This document shows positions 38,889 to 48,777 of a DNA stretch of 64,000 nt, in pieces. The notes below the pieces were generated by a model. That model worked only from the letters and a program-made list of their open reading frames with translations, did no database searches and had not been told where the DNA came from. How positions within the stretch are numbered: the first letter of the stretch is position 1; each line of letters starts with the position of its first letter. The stretch lies in contig JAKPFN010000140.1 in assembly GCA_029551395.1 (NCBI GenBank), positions 177 to 64,176 of the forward strand, given 5' to 3'. A program made the translations under genes and the position numbers. Source of the DNA: Armatimonadota bacterium. Lineage in GTDB: Bacteria; Armatimonadota; UBA5829; DTLH01.

Positions 38889-40198
38889 TATTCTTCCCTC
38901 CTGGACATTCTCTCGGTATCTTCAGGAACAAGCGCTATACTTGGGTTATAGTCTGCAAGTAGTTTTTCGACACCTATAGGCTCCTGCTCATCCGCACCTG
39001 CCAGATTCAACTGCAACTTGCAGTCTCCACAATTTCTATCGCAGAATATCGACTCATAAGAATCCGGTTCCTTATAGGTAGTAATAACACCCTCGTAATT
39101 CCGAAGGACAACCTTGTTTGTAGACCAGGAGATGAGATAGTTGGGCATAATCGGAATCTTTCCGCCACCGCCTGGAGCATCGATAACATACGTCGGCACA
39201 CAGAATCCGCTCGTGTGACCAATCAGGCTCTCTATGATCTCAATTCCCTTGCCTACAGGTGTCCTGAAATGGGACAAACCTTCTGACAGGTCACACTGAT
39301 ACAGGTAGTACGGTCTGACCCGGTTCCGAACCAGCTTCTGGACGAGCACTTTCATTATCCGTGGACAGTCGTTGACTCCTGCAAGCAGTACTGACTGGTT
39401 TCCAAGCGGAATTCCGGCATCTGCAAGAGTTGCCAGAGCCGTCCGGGCGGATTTGGTGATCTCCCGAGGGTGATTGAAGTGCGTGTTTATCCAGACAGGA
39501 TGATGTTTCCTCAGCATCTGGACCAGATCATCAGTAATCCTGTAAGGTAAGACCACAGGTGTTCTTGTTCCAATGCGAATAACCTCGACATGGTCATTTT
39601 TCCGAAGCTCGGTCAAAATCCAGTCCAGGTAATCGTCTGAGAGCAAGAATGGGTCTCCTCCTGAAAGAAGAACATCTCGTATAGTTGGAGTATTTTTTAT
39701 ATAATCAAGCCCTTTTTGTATCTCAGCCTTGCTTGGAATGTGGTCTCTATCGCCAACTTTCCTCTTGCGAGTGCAGTGCCGGCAGTACATGGCGCAGACG
39801 TTGCTTATATGGAACAACACCCTGTCCGGGTAACGGTGCGTCACGAGCGGTACAGGGCTATCCTTATCTTCTGCAAGAGGATCTGCCATATCGTAAGGTG
39901 ACAGGCGCAGCTCCTGAGTCGAGCAAAAGGACTGTTTGAAGATTGGATCATTCTTGAAATCGTTTGGGTCTATAAGTGATAGATAATATGGGGTGATCGA
40001 AAGCGGAAAGACTGCTATTGTTTCTTCCAAATGCTTTCGTTCGTCAGAAGTAAACCGGATTCCCAGCATACGTTCAAACGTTGAGATATCTCTGATCGCG
40101 TGAACGCACTGCCACCGCCAGTCACTCCAGTCCGAACTATCGGCTGACGGATCTAGCCGTCTGGCGAGCTTAACGCTCCTATCGCTAACTGTAAACAT
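38888..40198 (-). CDS. kamA: L-lysine 2,3-aminomutase (radical SAM)
   Basis: It carries [12 protein letters not shown], the radical SAM CxxxCxxC motif. Full-length KamA. Confidence 0.9.
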   Translation of the reverse strand: MFTVSDRSVKLARRLDPSADSSDWSDWRWQCVHAIRDISTFERMLGIRFTSDERKHLEETIAVFPLSITPYYLSLIDPNDFKNDPIFKQSFCSTQELRLSPYDMADPLAEDKDSPVPLVTHRYPDRVLFHISNVCAMYCRHCTRKRKVGDRDHIPSKAEIQKGLDYIKNTPTIRDVLLSGGDPFLLSDDYLDWILTELRKNDHVEVIRIGTRTPVVLPYRITDDLVQMLRKHHPVWINTHFNHPREITKSARTALATLADAGIPLGNQSVLLAGVNDCPRIMKVLVQKLVRNRVRPYYLYQCDLSEGLSHFRTPVGKGIEIIESLIGHTSGFCVPTYVIDAPGGGGKIPIMPNYLISWSTNKVVLRNYEGVITTYKEPDSYESIFCDRNCGDCKLQLNLAGADEQEPIGVEKLLADYNPSIALVPEDTERMSRREE

Positions 40199-40210
40199 AA
40201 AGCTTCCCCC

Positions 40211-40774
40211 TTAAAGCATCGGTTCTGCATCTATATGCCGCGCCTCCATTAATTCAACTATTCTCTCCAAAGATAATGCAATGGCGGTCTGCTCAAGATC
40301 AGGAAGATTTCTGAGCGCTTTCGCCAGAGTATCCTGCAGCGGTGAAGGCGCACTTGCGACAATCTCTCTGCCCTTATCCGTTGCAGTGACATTAACACGT
40401 CTTCTGTCCCTGCTGTCTCTTTCACGGCGAATCAGCCCTTTTGCCTCCAGTCGGTCAAGTATGCCGACCATAGTACTCGGGCTAAGATGCACCTTACGGC
40501 CTATCGCTGACGGTGTTGCTGAACCTTCGTCGACTATTGCCATAAGACAAACCAATTGCGGTCCTGTGATCTTGTATACAATCGAGAGATGCCGCGAATG
40601 AAGATCGACTGCACGCATAATACGGCGTAGAGATTTTAGTATCCGAATGTCATAACGCTCCGCAAGCGCGGGTATTATATGCGGCGCTTCTGCCGGAGCT
40701 GTATCTTCGGTACATCCGCCCTTTTGGGCAGATGAATCGCTGTTATCAAGACTCGCTTGATCTGATGTTGACAT
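40211..40774 (-). CDS. MarR family transcriptional regulator
   Basis: It has a wHTH domain (GPQLVCLMAIVDEGSATPSAIGRKVHLSPSTMVGILDRLEAKGLIRRERD). Confidence 0.8.
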   Translation of the reverse strand: MSTSDQASLDNSDSSAQKGGCTEDTAPAEAPHIIPALAERYDIRILKSLRRIMRAVDLHSRHLSIVYKITGPQLVCLMAIVDEGSATPSAIGRKVHLSPSTMVGILDRLEAKGLIRRERDSRDRRRVNVTATDKGREIVASAPSPLQDTLAKALRNLPDLEQTAIALSLERIVELMEARHIDAEPML

Positions 40775-40901
40775 CGTGGTCCTCTTTTAGCCAGTAGTCA
40801 AAACCTCACTGGCACATTACCAATTCTGATTATTTGTATACAAATGAATATTGCACAAATATTTTGTACACGAAACATCATAACTAAAACTATCTACTCT
40901 G

Positions 40902-41237
40902 TCAAATGTGGAGTCGCCGCTGTTCCCGCCTTACAAGCTCAGTTGATGCGTTTATCGCTATCCTGCAGACCCATGAACGGAAACTTGCTTCCTTTCGGAA
41001 CGATTTCAAGCTCTTATACGCCTGGATGAACGCGCTTTGAGTGATATCGACAGCATCTACAGATGACCCCAGAATCCGATAGCAGACACTGTAGACGAAC
41101 GCCTTGTGCCGTTGGAGCAACCGGTCATACGCTTCCCGGCTCCCATCCTGCGCAAGCTTTACTAATTCCCGTTCGTCCAATTTATTATCTACAACCAACT
41201 CGAGTGTTGTCTCCATCGGCCTCAGCACTCGCTGCAT
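40902..41237 (-). CDS. ECF sigma-70 region 2 only (truncated sigma factor, region 4 absent; possible pseudogene)
   Basis: Regions 2.1-2.4 are present (LLQRHKAFVYSVCYRILGS...FRSWVCRIAINASTELVRR). It stops after 111 aa, and the 127 bp downstream cannot encode region 4. Confidence 0.6.
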   Translation of the reverse strand: MQRVLRPMETTLELVVDNKLDERELVKLAQDGSREAYDRLLQRHKAFVYSVCYRILGSSVDAVDITQSAFIQAYKSLKSFRKEASFRSWVCRIAINASTELVRREQRRLHI

Positions 41238-41642
41238 TTAACATCCACAACTAAGATGCTACAACTGCAACAAAACGTTACATTGCTATAGAGTTTTACC
41301 AGCAAAACTCTTCCGAGAGAGTTTCAGATATTGATCTTAGAAACTCTATATTTTATTCTTGCTTTCTTACCTGCTCTCATCCTTTTAATGCCAGTGGAAA
41401 TCACTTATAAGTGGGAATCCGACTCAGGCTCAATTTTGGGCAGGAATTTTTGACTCTAGTAGCCCAATATGGTAGACTAAACATCGAACCGGCTGAGCTG
41501 CCTCAGGCTGGTTTCTTTGTTATAAGGCAGATATTTTAGAGTGCGGCGGTTTTTCCCGGCTCTTTAGATACACACGCAGACGTATAGATATAGCAGATAT
41601 TTCTATTACTATCAGTGTTAGAGACAGAAAGAGGTTTTTTGG

Positions 41643-42965
41643 ATGATGCTCCTTGGCACCCAAAGGGTGAATGAGATAGGACATTTAGAGATTGGCGGCT
41701 GCGATACAGTTGACCTTGCAGAGCAATTCGGCACCCCTCTCTATGTAATGGATGAAGTCTATATCAGGGAGAATTGCAAGCGTTACCTTACAGCGTTTCG
41801 AGCACTATATCCTGAAGTCGAGATAGCTTTTGCCGGTAAATCCTTCATGACTGCGGCTATGTGCAAGATTGTCAATCAGGAGAAGCTCTATTTGGACGTT
41901 GCATCAGGTGGGGAAATCTACACTGCGAAAATCGCTGGCTACCCAATGGAGAAAATCATCTTCCACGGCAGCAACAAGTCCATCGAAGAATTGCAAATGT
42001 CTCTAGACCTGGGCGTCGGGCGTGTTGTAGTCGATAACTTCCTGGAACTCACTCGCCTTAATGAGCTTGCAAAGGCATCAGGTAAGAAAGCTGGAATACT
42101 GCTCAGGCTGACACCGGGAATTGATCCTCACACTCACAAACTCATCCGCACAGGGCAGGAAGACACTAAATTCGGGTTCAATATCAAAGATGGCGCGGCT
42201 ATGGATGCTGTCCGCAAAGCCTTGGAGTGCAGCAATATCAACCTGATTGGCCTTCACTGCCATGTAGGCTCACAGCTTCTCGATACTACAGCCCACGAGC
42301 AGGCCATCAAGGTCATGGTCCGCTTCATTTCCGATGCACAGAAAATCGGCTACAAGGCCAGCGAGTTGAACCTGGGCGGCGGCTTAGGAATCAGATACCT
42401 GTCCACACAGAAACCTCCGACTATAGAAGAATTCGCCGAAAAACTGACTGCGGTACTGAAGCGAGAGATTAAAAAGTATAACCTCGAGCCGCCGCGGTTG
42501 ATGCTTGAACCAGGACGCTCTATCGTAGGTGAAGCCGGAACTACACTTTATAGAGTAGGCGCAATCAAACAGGTTACTATCAAAGAAGACCCCGGATACC
42601 GCGTTTATGTCTCGGTTGACGGCGGGCTTTCGGACAACCCTCGGCCGTCGCTGTATGACGCGAAATATGAGGCAATCATCGCCAACCGCGCGACCAGTCC
42701 GGCCAATATGGTAGTCACAGTCACCGGAAAGCACTGCGAGACGGATACACTTATACAGGACACAATAATTACCCGGCCTGTTGAGGGAGATATTATGGCG
42801 GTTTACTCAACAGGAGCGTATAATTATAGTATGTCATCGAACTACAACCGGCTTCCAAGACCTGCTGCGGTAATTGTTTCCGGTGGTCGTGCTGAGTTGA
42901 TTATCCGCCGGGAAACCATGGAAGACCTTGTAAGCCATGATGAAATCCCTGAGCGGCTTAGATAA
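41643..42965 (+). CDS. lysA: Diaminopimelate decarboxylase
   Basis: It is a PLP fold-III decarboxylase with EPGRSIVGEAG and a C-terminal beta domain. A 400-nt leader precedes it. Confidence 0.9.
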   Translation: MMLLGTQRVNEIGHLEIGGCDTVDLAEQFGTPLYVMDEVYIRENCKRYLTAFRALYPEVEIAFAGKSFMTAAMCKIVNQEKLYLDVASGGEIYTAKIAGYPMEKIIFHGSNKSIEELQMSLDLGVGRVVVDNFLELTRLNELAKASGKKAGILLRLTPGIDPHTHKLIRTGQEDTKFGFNIKDGAAMDAVRKALECSNINLIGLHCHVGSQLLDTTAHEQAIKVMVRFISDAQKIGYKASELNLGGGLGIRYLSTQKPPTIEEFAEKLTAVLKREIKKYNLEPPRLMLEPGRSIVGEAGTTLYRVGAIKQVTIKEDPGYRVYVSVDGGLSDNPRPSLYDAKYEAIIANRATSPANMVVTVTGKHCETDTLIQDTIITRPVEGDIMAVYSTGAYNYSMSSNYNRLPRPAAVIVSGGRAELIIRRETMEDLVSHDEIPERLR

Positions 42966-42978
42966 GTTTTTATGCTAA

Positions 42979-43617
42979 ATGGGTGATATACAAGAAATAT
43001 TAATCATGCTGTTTGTGCTGGTCATCTCGCTGACAGTGCATGAGTTAGCGCATGCCAAGTCTGCAGAGATGGCTGGAGATGATACAGCACGCCGCGCCGG
43101 CAGGATAACGCTTAATCCGCTCGCCCATCTAGACCCGTTGGGAAGCCTTATGATGGTGCTGACGGTAATCGGCGGCATCGGAATAGGTTGGGCAAAACCT
43201 GTACCGGTGAATCCCTACAGATTTAGAAACCCAAGATGGGACAACCTGAAGGTATCGCTTTGGGGGCCGCTTTCCAACCTGCTGCTGGCGTTTTTCTTTG
43301 CGCAGATCATCAGGTTCTACGGCAATCATCTGGGAAACGTGGACTATTTGTTCGTGGGATACTTCGTAATCATCAACATCGGGCTTGCAGTGTTCAATCT
43401 GATTCCGATTGCGCCTCTTGATGGTTCACATATAATGTCATCACTGCTGCCATTGGAGCAGGCAAGACGTTATGAACTGTTCATGGCTCAATATGGAGGA
43501 ATCATCCTTCTTGCGCTGGTGTTTATGGGACCGATGTTTGGATTTTCGATACTCAGAATGATTCTTGGGCCGCCTCGAACTTTGCTTTTCAAATTGTTTA
43601 CCGGCATTCCCTGGTGA
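42979..43617 (+). CDS. Site-2 protease family (M50) small membrane metalloprotease
   Basis: It has the HELAHA motif and 4-6 TM helices. Confidence 0.75.
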   Translation: MGDIQEILIMLFVLVISLTVHELAHAKSAEMAGDDTARRAGRITLNPLAHLDPLGSLMMVLTVIGGIGIGWAKPVPVNPYRFRNPRWDNLKVSLWGPLSNLLLAFFFAQIIRFYGNHLGNVDYLFVGYFVIINIGLAVFNLIPIAPLDGSHIMSSLLPLEQARRYELFMAQYGGIILLALVFMGPMFGFSILRMILGPPRTLLFKLFTGIPW

Positions 43618-43654
43618 TAACACTAACCTTTTTGAAAGGATACATAATAACTCT

Positions 43655-44635
43655 ATGGCTAAAGCTAGAATTTTAAGCGGAATGCAGCCCACCGGGCAGC
43701 TTCATCTTGGAAATTATGAAGGAGCGCTCCGTAACTGGGTCAGACTGCAGGAAGAATACGAATCCTATTACTGCATAGTAGACTGGCATGCTTTAACAAC
43801 CCTCTGCGAGACTCCTGAGCAGATCCAACACAACACCAGGCAGGTAGCCATAGACTATATCTCTGCCGGGCTTGATCCCAACAAATGCGCTATCTTCATT
43901 CAATCTGCTGTTAAGGAGCATGCTGAGCTTCATCTGCTGCTTTCTATGATTACACCTGTTCCCTGGCTGGAACGAGTACCGACTTACAAAGAAAAAATGG
44001 AAAACCTGCAGATAGAATCGGCAAGCTATGGTCTGCTGGGCTATCCGGTGCTGCAGGCTGCTGATATTCTTGTCTACAAAGCCAACGCCGTTCCAGTAGG
44101 GAAGGATCAGCTCCCTCACTTGGAGCTTACCCGCGAAATCTGTCGCAGGTTCAATTATTTCTACGGGAAGATATTCCCTGAACCTGAAGCTAAGCTGACT
44201 GAGTATCCAGTAATGCCCGGACTGGACGGGCGGAAAATGAGCAAGTCTTATGACAACGCCATCTATCTCTCGGATACCGCAGAAACTACCACGCAGAAGA
44301 TTCGGACAATGTTCACGGACCCGCTGAAGATTTACAAAAAAGACCCCGGACATCCGGAAACCTGCCCGGTCTTCGCTCTGCATAATATCTACAACAAAGG
44401 CGAGACTGAAGAGCTTTCTGTGGTATGCAAAGCCGGAGAACTCGGCTGTGTGGACTGTAAAAAGAAGCTTACAGCGGCGATGAATGAAGCCCTTGCACCA
44501 ATCCGCGAACGGCGAGTCCAGCTTGAGGAGAATCCTAAGGAACTCGACGATATTCTGACTGCCGGTGCTGATAAAGCCAGGGCTGTTGCTTCAGCTACGA
44601 TGGCTGAAGTCCGATGCGCAATGAAGTTAGGCTAA
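43655..44635 (+). CDS. trpS: Tryptophan--tRNA ligase (paralog 2) with C-x20-C-x6-C-x2-C cysteine motif
   Basis: It contains MQPTGQLHLGNYEGA and KMSKS. There is an insertion ETCPVFALHNIYNKGETEELSVVCKAGELGCVDCKK. The start was set at ATG 43655. Confidence 0.9.
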   Translation: MAKARILSGMQPTGQLHLGNYEGALRNWVRLQEEYESYYCIVDWHALTTLCETPEQIQHNTRQVAIDYISAGLDPNKCAIFIQSAVKEHAELHLLLSMITPVPWLERVPTYKEKMENLQIESASYGLLGYPVLQAADILVYKANAVPVGKDQLPHLELTREICRRFNYFYGKIFPEPEAKLTEYPVMPGLDGRKMSKSYDNAIYLSDTAETTTQKIRTMFTDPLKIYKKDPGHPETCPVFALHNIYNKGETEELSVVCKAGELGCVDCKKKLTAAMNEALAPIRERRVQLEENPKELDDILTAGADKARAVASATMAEVRCAMKLG

Positions 44636-44674
44636 TCCAACCAACCGACCAGTTTGTATTTCGGGAGATGAAAC

Positions 44675-45949
44675 ATGAGCTATCCTGAGATCGAAAAGCA
44701 GCTTCTCGCTGCCATATCCGAGTTTGAAATCATCGACTGTCACGAGCATATCGGCCCTGAAAAGTCCCGCCTTGATACTGAGGTAGACGTTTTTACGTTG
44801 TTTTACCACTATACCAAGGGTGACTTGATGGCCGCAGGTATGAGTGAGGAGCAGTATAAGAGCCTTTTCGACCACAGCATACCTTTGGACAAGCGGTGGG
44901 ATGTTTTTAAGCCTTACTGGGAGCAGATTCGCTGGACATCCTACTCCAGGGCTGCGCTTCTTGCTGCTGAAAAGTTCTATGGTTTCGATGACATCAACAA
45001 AGAGACGTATGAACCGCTTTCAAAGGCAATTAAAGAAGCAAACACTCCCGGAATCTATGAAAGAGTGCTTAGAGATGCCTGCAACATCAGGACTTCGTTG
45101 ACTACACTGGACTCGGTATCCGAGGCGATGAGAATCGACACGCCGCTTCTTACTCCGCTTGTCTGGATACCGTCATACAACACATTGACTTCATGGGAAA
45201 AGCTGCATCATCCGGTTTTTGCACCGGAAGCAACCGTTAACACATTGGATGACCTGCTCGATTGTATGAAACAGACGATTCTTAAGGTCAAAGCCAGGGG
45301 TGCAGTCGGTATCAAAACCACATCTTACCCATACAGAGAACCATCCCGCAAGCAGGCTGAAGAAGTGTTTCATGACCTGAAGAACGACAAACCGCTGAAG
45401 ATGCCTGAGCCGGGTGAGTTAACGCCTCATCTGGCATCCAACGCACTTGTAGATTATTTTGTTGATGAGATAATCTCATTCGTTACAGAGCAGGATATGA
45501 CCGTAGCTGTTCATACGGGATATTGGGGAGACTTCCGAAAGCTCGACCCACTGCACATCATCCCAATGCTGCAGAGGCATCCAAATGCAAGGTTCGACAT
45601 CTTCCATCTGGGCTTCCCGTGGATAAGAGAGGCTCTGATGTTAGGAAAAGGTTTCCCGAATGTATGGCTGAACCTGTGTTGGACTCATATTATCTCGCAG
45701 AAAATGGCAACATCCGCCATCAATGAGGCAATCGACCTCATCCCAGCTAACAAGATGCTGGCATTCGGCGGAGACTACCACATTCCGGTGGAAAAAGTAT
45801 ACGGCCACCTGGTCATGGCACGGGAAGACATAGCAAAAGCCCTGGCAGAGAGAGTGGCAGAAAAACAGATGACCGAATCTCAGGCCATCGACCTTGCGCA
45901 CAAGTGGTTCTGGGACAATCCTGTAGAACTGTACCGGCTAAAAGTATAG
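44675..45949 (+). CDS. Amidohydrolase-2 family (TIM-barrel metal-dependent hydrolase)
   Basis: It begins IIDCHEHIG at the N-terminus and has FGGDYH near the C-terminus. Confidence 0.6.
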   Translation: MSYPEIEKQLLAAISEFEIIDCHEHIGPEKSRLDTEVDVFTLFYHYTKGDLMAAGMSEEQYKSLFDHSIPLDKRWDVFKPYWEQIRWTSYSRAALLAAEKFYGFDDINKETYEPLSKAIKEANTPGIYERVLRDACNIRTSLTTLDSVSEAMRIDTPLLTPLVWIPSYNTLTSWEKLHHPVFAPEATVNTLDDLLDCMKQTILKVKARGAVGIKTTSYPYREPSRKQAEEVFHDLKNDKPLKMPEPGELTPHLASNALVDYFVDEIISFVTEQDMTVAVHTGYWGDFRKLDPLHIIPMLQRHPNARFDIFHLGFPWIREALMLGKGFPNVWLNLCWTHIISQKMATSAINEAIDLIPANKMLAFGGDYHIPVEKVYGHLVMAREDIAKALAERVAEKQMTESQAIDLAHKWFWDNPVELYRLKV

Positions 45950-46003
45950 CCAAGACCGAAATCGGGTGTTAAAAGGAATACGGGGCTTGCCTCGGTAGAA
46001 CAA

Positions 46004-46774
46004 ATGAAGCTGAAAACGGTAAAAAATAATCCATATCAGATAGTCCTCCCGATGTTCGAAGGCCCGCTTGACCTGCTTTTGCACCTGATTCGGGAAAATA
46101 AAATCGATATCTACGATATACCTATTGCAGAAGTTACTGATCAGTATTTACAATATTTAACACTGATGGAATCTCTGGACTTGGACATAGCCGGAGAGTT
46201 CATCGTGATGGCGGCGACTCTTATCGAAATCAAATCTAAAATGCTTCTGCCGCCTGACCCAACAGCCGACGAAGATGAAGAGCAGGTAGACCCAAGAGCC
46301 GAACTCGTCGAACGGCTTATAGAATATCAGCGCTACAAAGAGGCAGCAGAAATCCTGAAAGACTTGGAAGTCGAAAGGCAGAAAGTCTTTACAAGCGGAG
46401 CACGAAATATAGAAATAGACTATGCTCCCTTCCTGCTTAAAGATGTAAAACCGGTCGACCTCATAGAAGCGCTGAACAGGATATTGTCTGAAGTAGGTGA
46501 AGGCGAAGAGGAAGTCACGACCATCACCCGCAGGCGTATCTCAGTCCGAATGAGGATGAGCGAAGTCTGGCACAGGATCAACGAAGCCGCCGGACAAGGT
46601 GTATTGTTCGATGACCTGTTCGAAGAACCAAGGCAGCGCCCGGAGATAGTTATCACGTTCCTGGCTGTACTTGAGCTTTTAAGGCTCCAGAAAATCGTAG
46701 TCAGACAAGATCAAATGTTCGGCAGAATCGAAATCATTCGTAATGAATCCATCCCTGATGGGGAAAGACAATAA
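46004..46774 (+). CDS. scpA: Segregation and condensation protein A
   Basis: It contains FEGPLDLLLHLIRENKIDIYDIPIAEVTDQYL. Confidence 0.9.
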   Translation: MKLKTVKNNPYQIVLPMFEGPLDLLLHLIRENKIDIYDIPIAEVTDQYLQYLTLMESLDLDIAGEFIVMAATLIEIKSKMLLPPDPTADEDEEQVDPRAELVERLIEYQRYKEAAEILKDLEVERQKVFTSGARNIEIDYAPFLLKDVKPVDLIEALNRILSEVGEGEEEVTTITRRRISVRMRMSEVWHRINEAAGQGVLFDDLFEEPRQRPEIVITFLAVLELLRLQKIVVRQDQMFGRIEIIRNESIPDGERQ

Positions 46775-47394
46775 TGGAGAGTTGTTTTAATAACAGCAAG
46801 CTAAAATCGGCAATTGAATGTATGCTGTTTGTCTCGCAGGAACCGATCAGCGCCGCTCAGATGGCTGCTGCGCTCGAGACAGATGAACCTGCAATAGAAC
46901 AGGCCGTTTATGACCTTATATTGGACCTTGGACAAAGAGGCTTACAGATAGTCAGAGTAGCTGGTGGATACCAGATGTGTACCAGGCCGGAATACTCGGA
47001 TGCCTGCCAGCGTATATTGGTTCCGCAAAACCAGAAACTGTCCAGGGCGGCGTTTGAGACGCTTGCAGTAGTCGCTTACAGGCAGCCGGTCACTCAGCCG
47101 GAGGTTGAATCGATCCGAGGCGTAGACAGCAGCGGAGTTATGAAGAAACTGCTCGAGCGGGGGCTAATCAAGGAAGTAGGTAGAAAACAGACTCCAGGCA
47201 GGCCGATACTTTACGGCACGACGTCCAAGTTCCTGGAACATCTGGGGCTGAACGACCTGTCCGAACTGCCGGATATCGACTCGCTTGCTGTAGATAAGAT
47301 CCGTGAGCTTGAGGCTCAACAGGAACTTTTTACAAATGGAGAGATAGTTGCGGCCATTACGGAGTCTGAACCTGAAATGGCCGATGCTTGTTAA
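46774..47394 (+). CDS. scpB: Segregation and condensation protein B
   Basis: It has tandem wHTH domains (IECMLFVSQEPIS) and is translationally coupled to scpA. Confidence 0.9.
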   Translation: MESCFNNSKLKSAIECMLFVSQEPISAAQMAAALETDEPAIEQAVYDLILDLGQRGLQIVRVAGGYQMCTRPEYSDACQRILVPQNQKLSRAAFETLAVVAYRQPVTQPEVESIRGVDSSGVMKKLLERGLIKEVGRKQTPGRPILYGTTSKFLEHLGLNDLSELPDIDSLAVDKIRELEAQQELFTNGEIVAAITESEPEMADAC

Positions 47395-47544
47395 AGGAGG
47401 CTCCTTAAGCGGTCTCCGAAAGTGTTACCTGATGCGCTTGCTATCCGTAGGCGCAAGGTCATGGATGACCATAGGAAGAAATGCAAGGAGGAACGACTTC
47501 GGGCGGGGTCTTGCGCCGGTTGACAGGAGATGTGACTCCAGCCG

Positions 47545-48777
47545 ATGTGCAATGGAAAGATGCGGATAGAAAAATTACGGTACATATTAGTCTTAGTCGC
47601 GGCACTTTCGATAGGAACTGCGCCTGTCGATATGGCAGTTGGCGCCGAAGCGCCGCCAAAAATCGATGCTGCCAGCGCTATCCTTACGGACGCGGTGACC
47701 GGACAAATACTATACCAGAAAAATGCTCACGTGCGCAGGCCCATGGCCAGCACTACCAAGATAATGACAGCTATCATCGTCATCGAGAACTGCTCGATGG
47801 ATGAGGTCGTAACCGCAAGCGAAAATGCATCCAAAGTGCCTTACACCTCGCTGCATCTTAAACCAGGTGAGCAGGTCAAGGTAAAAGATCTTCTCTATGC
47901 GCTTATGATACGGTCTGCAAACGATTCAGCAGTTGCGCTCGCTGAGCATGTTGCCGGAAGCGTGGAAGGCTTCGCTGCGATGATGAATGCCAAGGCGAAG
48001 GAACTCGGGGCTAAAAATACACACTTTGTCAATCCTAACGGTCTTTATGCCAAGGACCATTACTCCACAGCCTACGACCTGGCGTTGATCACAAGATACG
48101 CTCTAAAATTGCCTGTTTTTAATGAGATAATCACAACGCAGCGGGTAATAATCGACAGGTCTATCAATAAACAGGATCTGTTGATTTCCACCAAGTCCAA
48201 GTTTCTGAAGAATTATCCCGGCGCTGATGGGGTCAAATCCGGCTACATCAAGCAAGCAGGATATTGCTATGCAGGTTCCGCAACGCGCGGCGGCTGGAGA
48301 CTGGTATCCGCTGTTCTGAAAAGCAACGACAGCCAGGCAGACACTTCCGCGCTAATGAATTATGGGTTCAAAAACTACCAAAGGCTCATTCTGGCACATA
48401 CCAAACAGCCTGTGGAAACAATAGCAGTCAAAGGCGGTGACCAGGAACTGAAAGTGGTGCCGGCAGAGCGTGTTCATGTGGTTGTTAAGGCTGGAAATCA
48501 AAAGGCAGCTAAGACTGAAATCAAACTGGATGAAATCAGCGCTCCTGTAAAAAAGGGCGATAAGGTCGGCACACTGACAGCCATTGTTGATGGCCGTCCG
48601 GTGTTCACAGTCGATCTTGAAGCTGCAAATGATGTGGATGAAAGCACTGTCAGCGCAATGTGGCCTTGGGTAAGGACTATGGCACTAATCTCTATGCTTG
48701 GAGTCGGAGCAGCTTGTGGAAGAGCGACTGCAAAAAGTGATGGCGGCAGCCGGAGTAGGTTCTCGCAGGAAGTGTGA
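47545..48777 (+). CDS. D-alanyl-D-alanine carboxypeptidase (PBP5-type, S11)
   Basis: The motifs SxxK (ASTTK), SxN (SANDS) and KTG are present. Confidence 0.85.
   Translation: MCNGKMRIEKLRYILVLVAALSIGTAPVDMAVGAEAPPKIDAASAILTDAVTGQILYQKNAHVRRPMASTTKIMTAIIVIENCSMDEVVTASENASKVPYTSLHLKPGEQVKVKDLLYALMIRSANDSAVALAEHVAGSVEGFAAMMNAKAKELGAKNTHFVNPNGLYAKDHYSTAYDLALITRYALKLPVFNEIITTQRVIIDRSINKQDLLISTKSKFLKNYPGADGVKSGYIKQAGYCYAGSATRGGWRLVSAVLKSNDSQADTSALMNYGFKNYQRLILAHTKQPVETIAVKGGDQELKVVPAERVHVVVKAGNQKAAKTEIKLDEISAPVKKGDKVGTLTAIVDGRPVFTVDLEAANDVDESTVSAMWPWVRTMALISMLGVGAACGRATAKSDGGSRSRFSQEV

Noticed and set aside
41240-41640. Lysine riboswitch (L-box) in the 400-nt lysA leader
   Set aside because: I could not find the conserved L-box elements (AGAGGCGC k-turn, GGAGA/GCCGAAG segments). 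Only generic hairpins are present. It would need an Infernal scan to settle.
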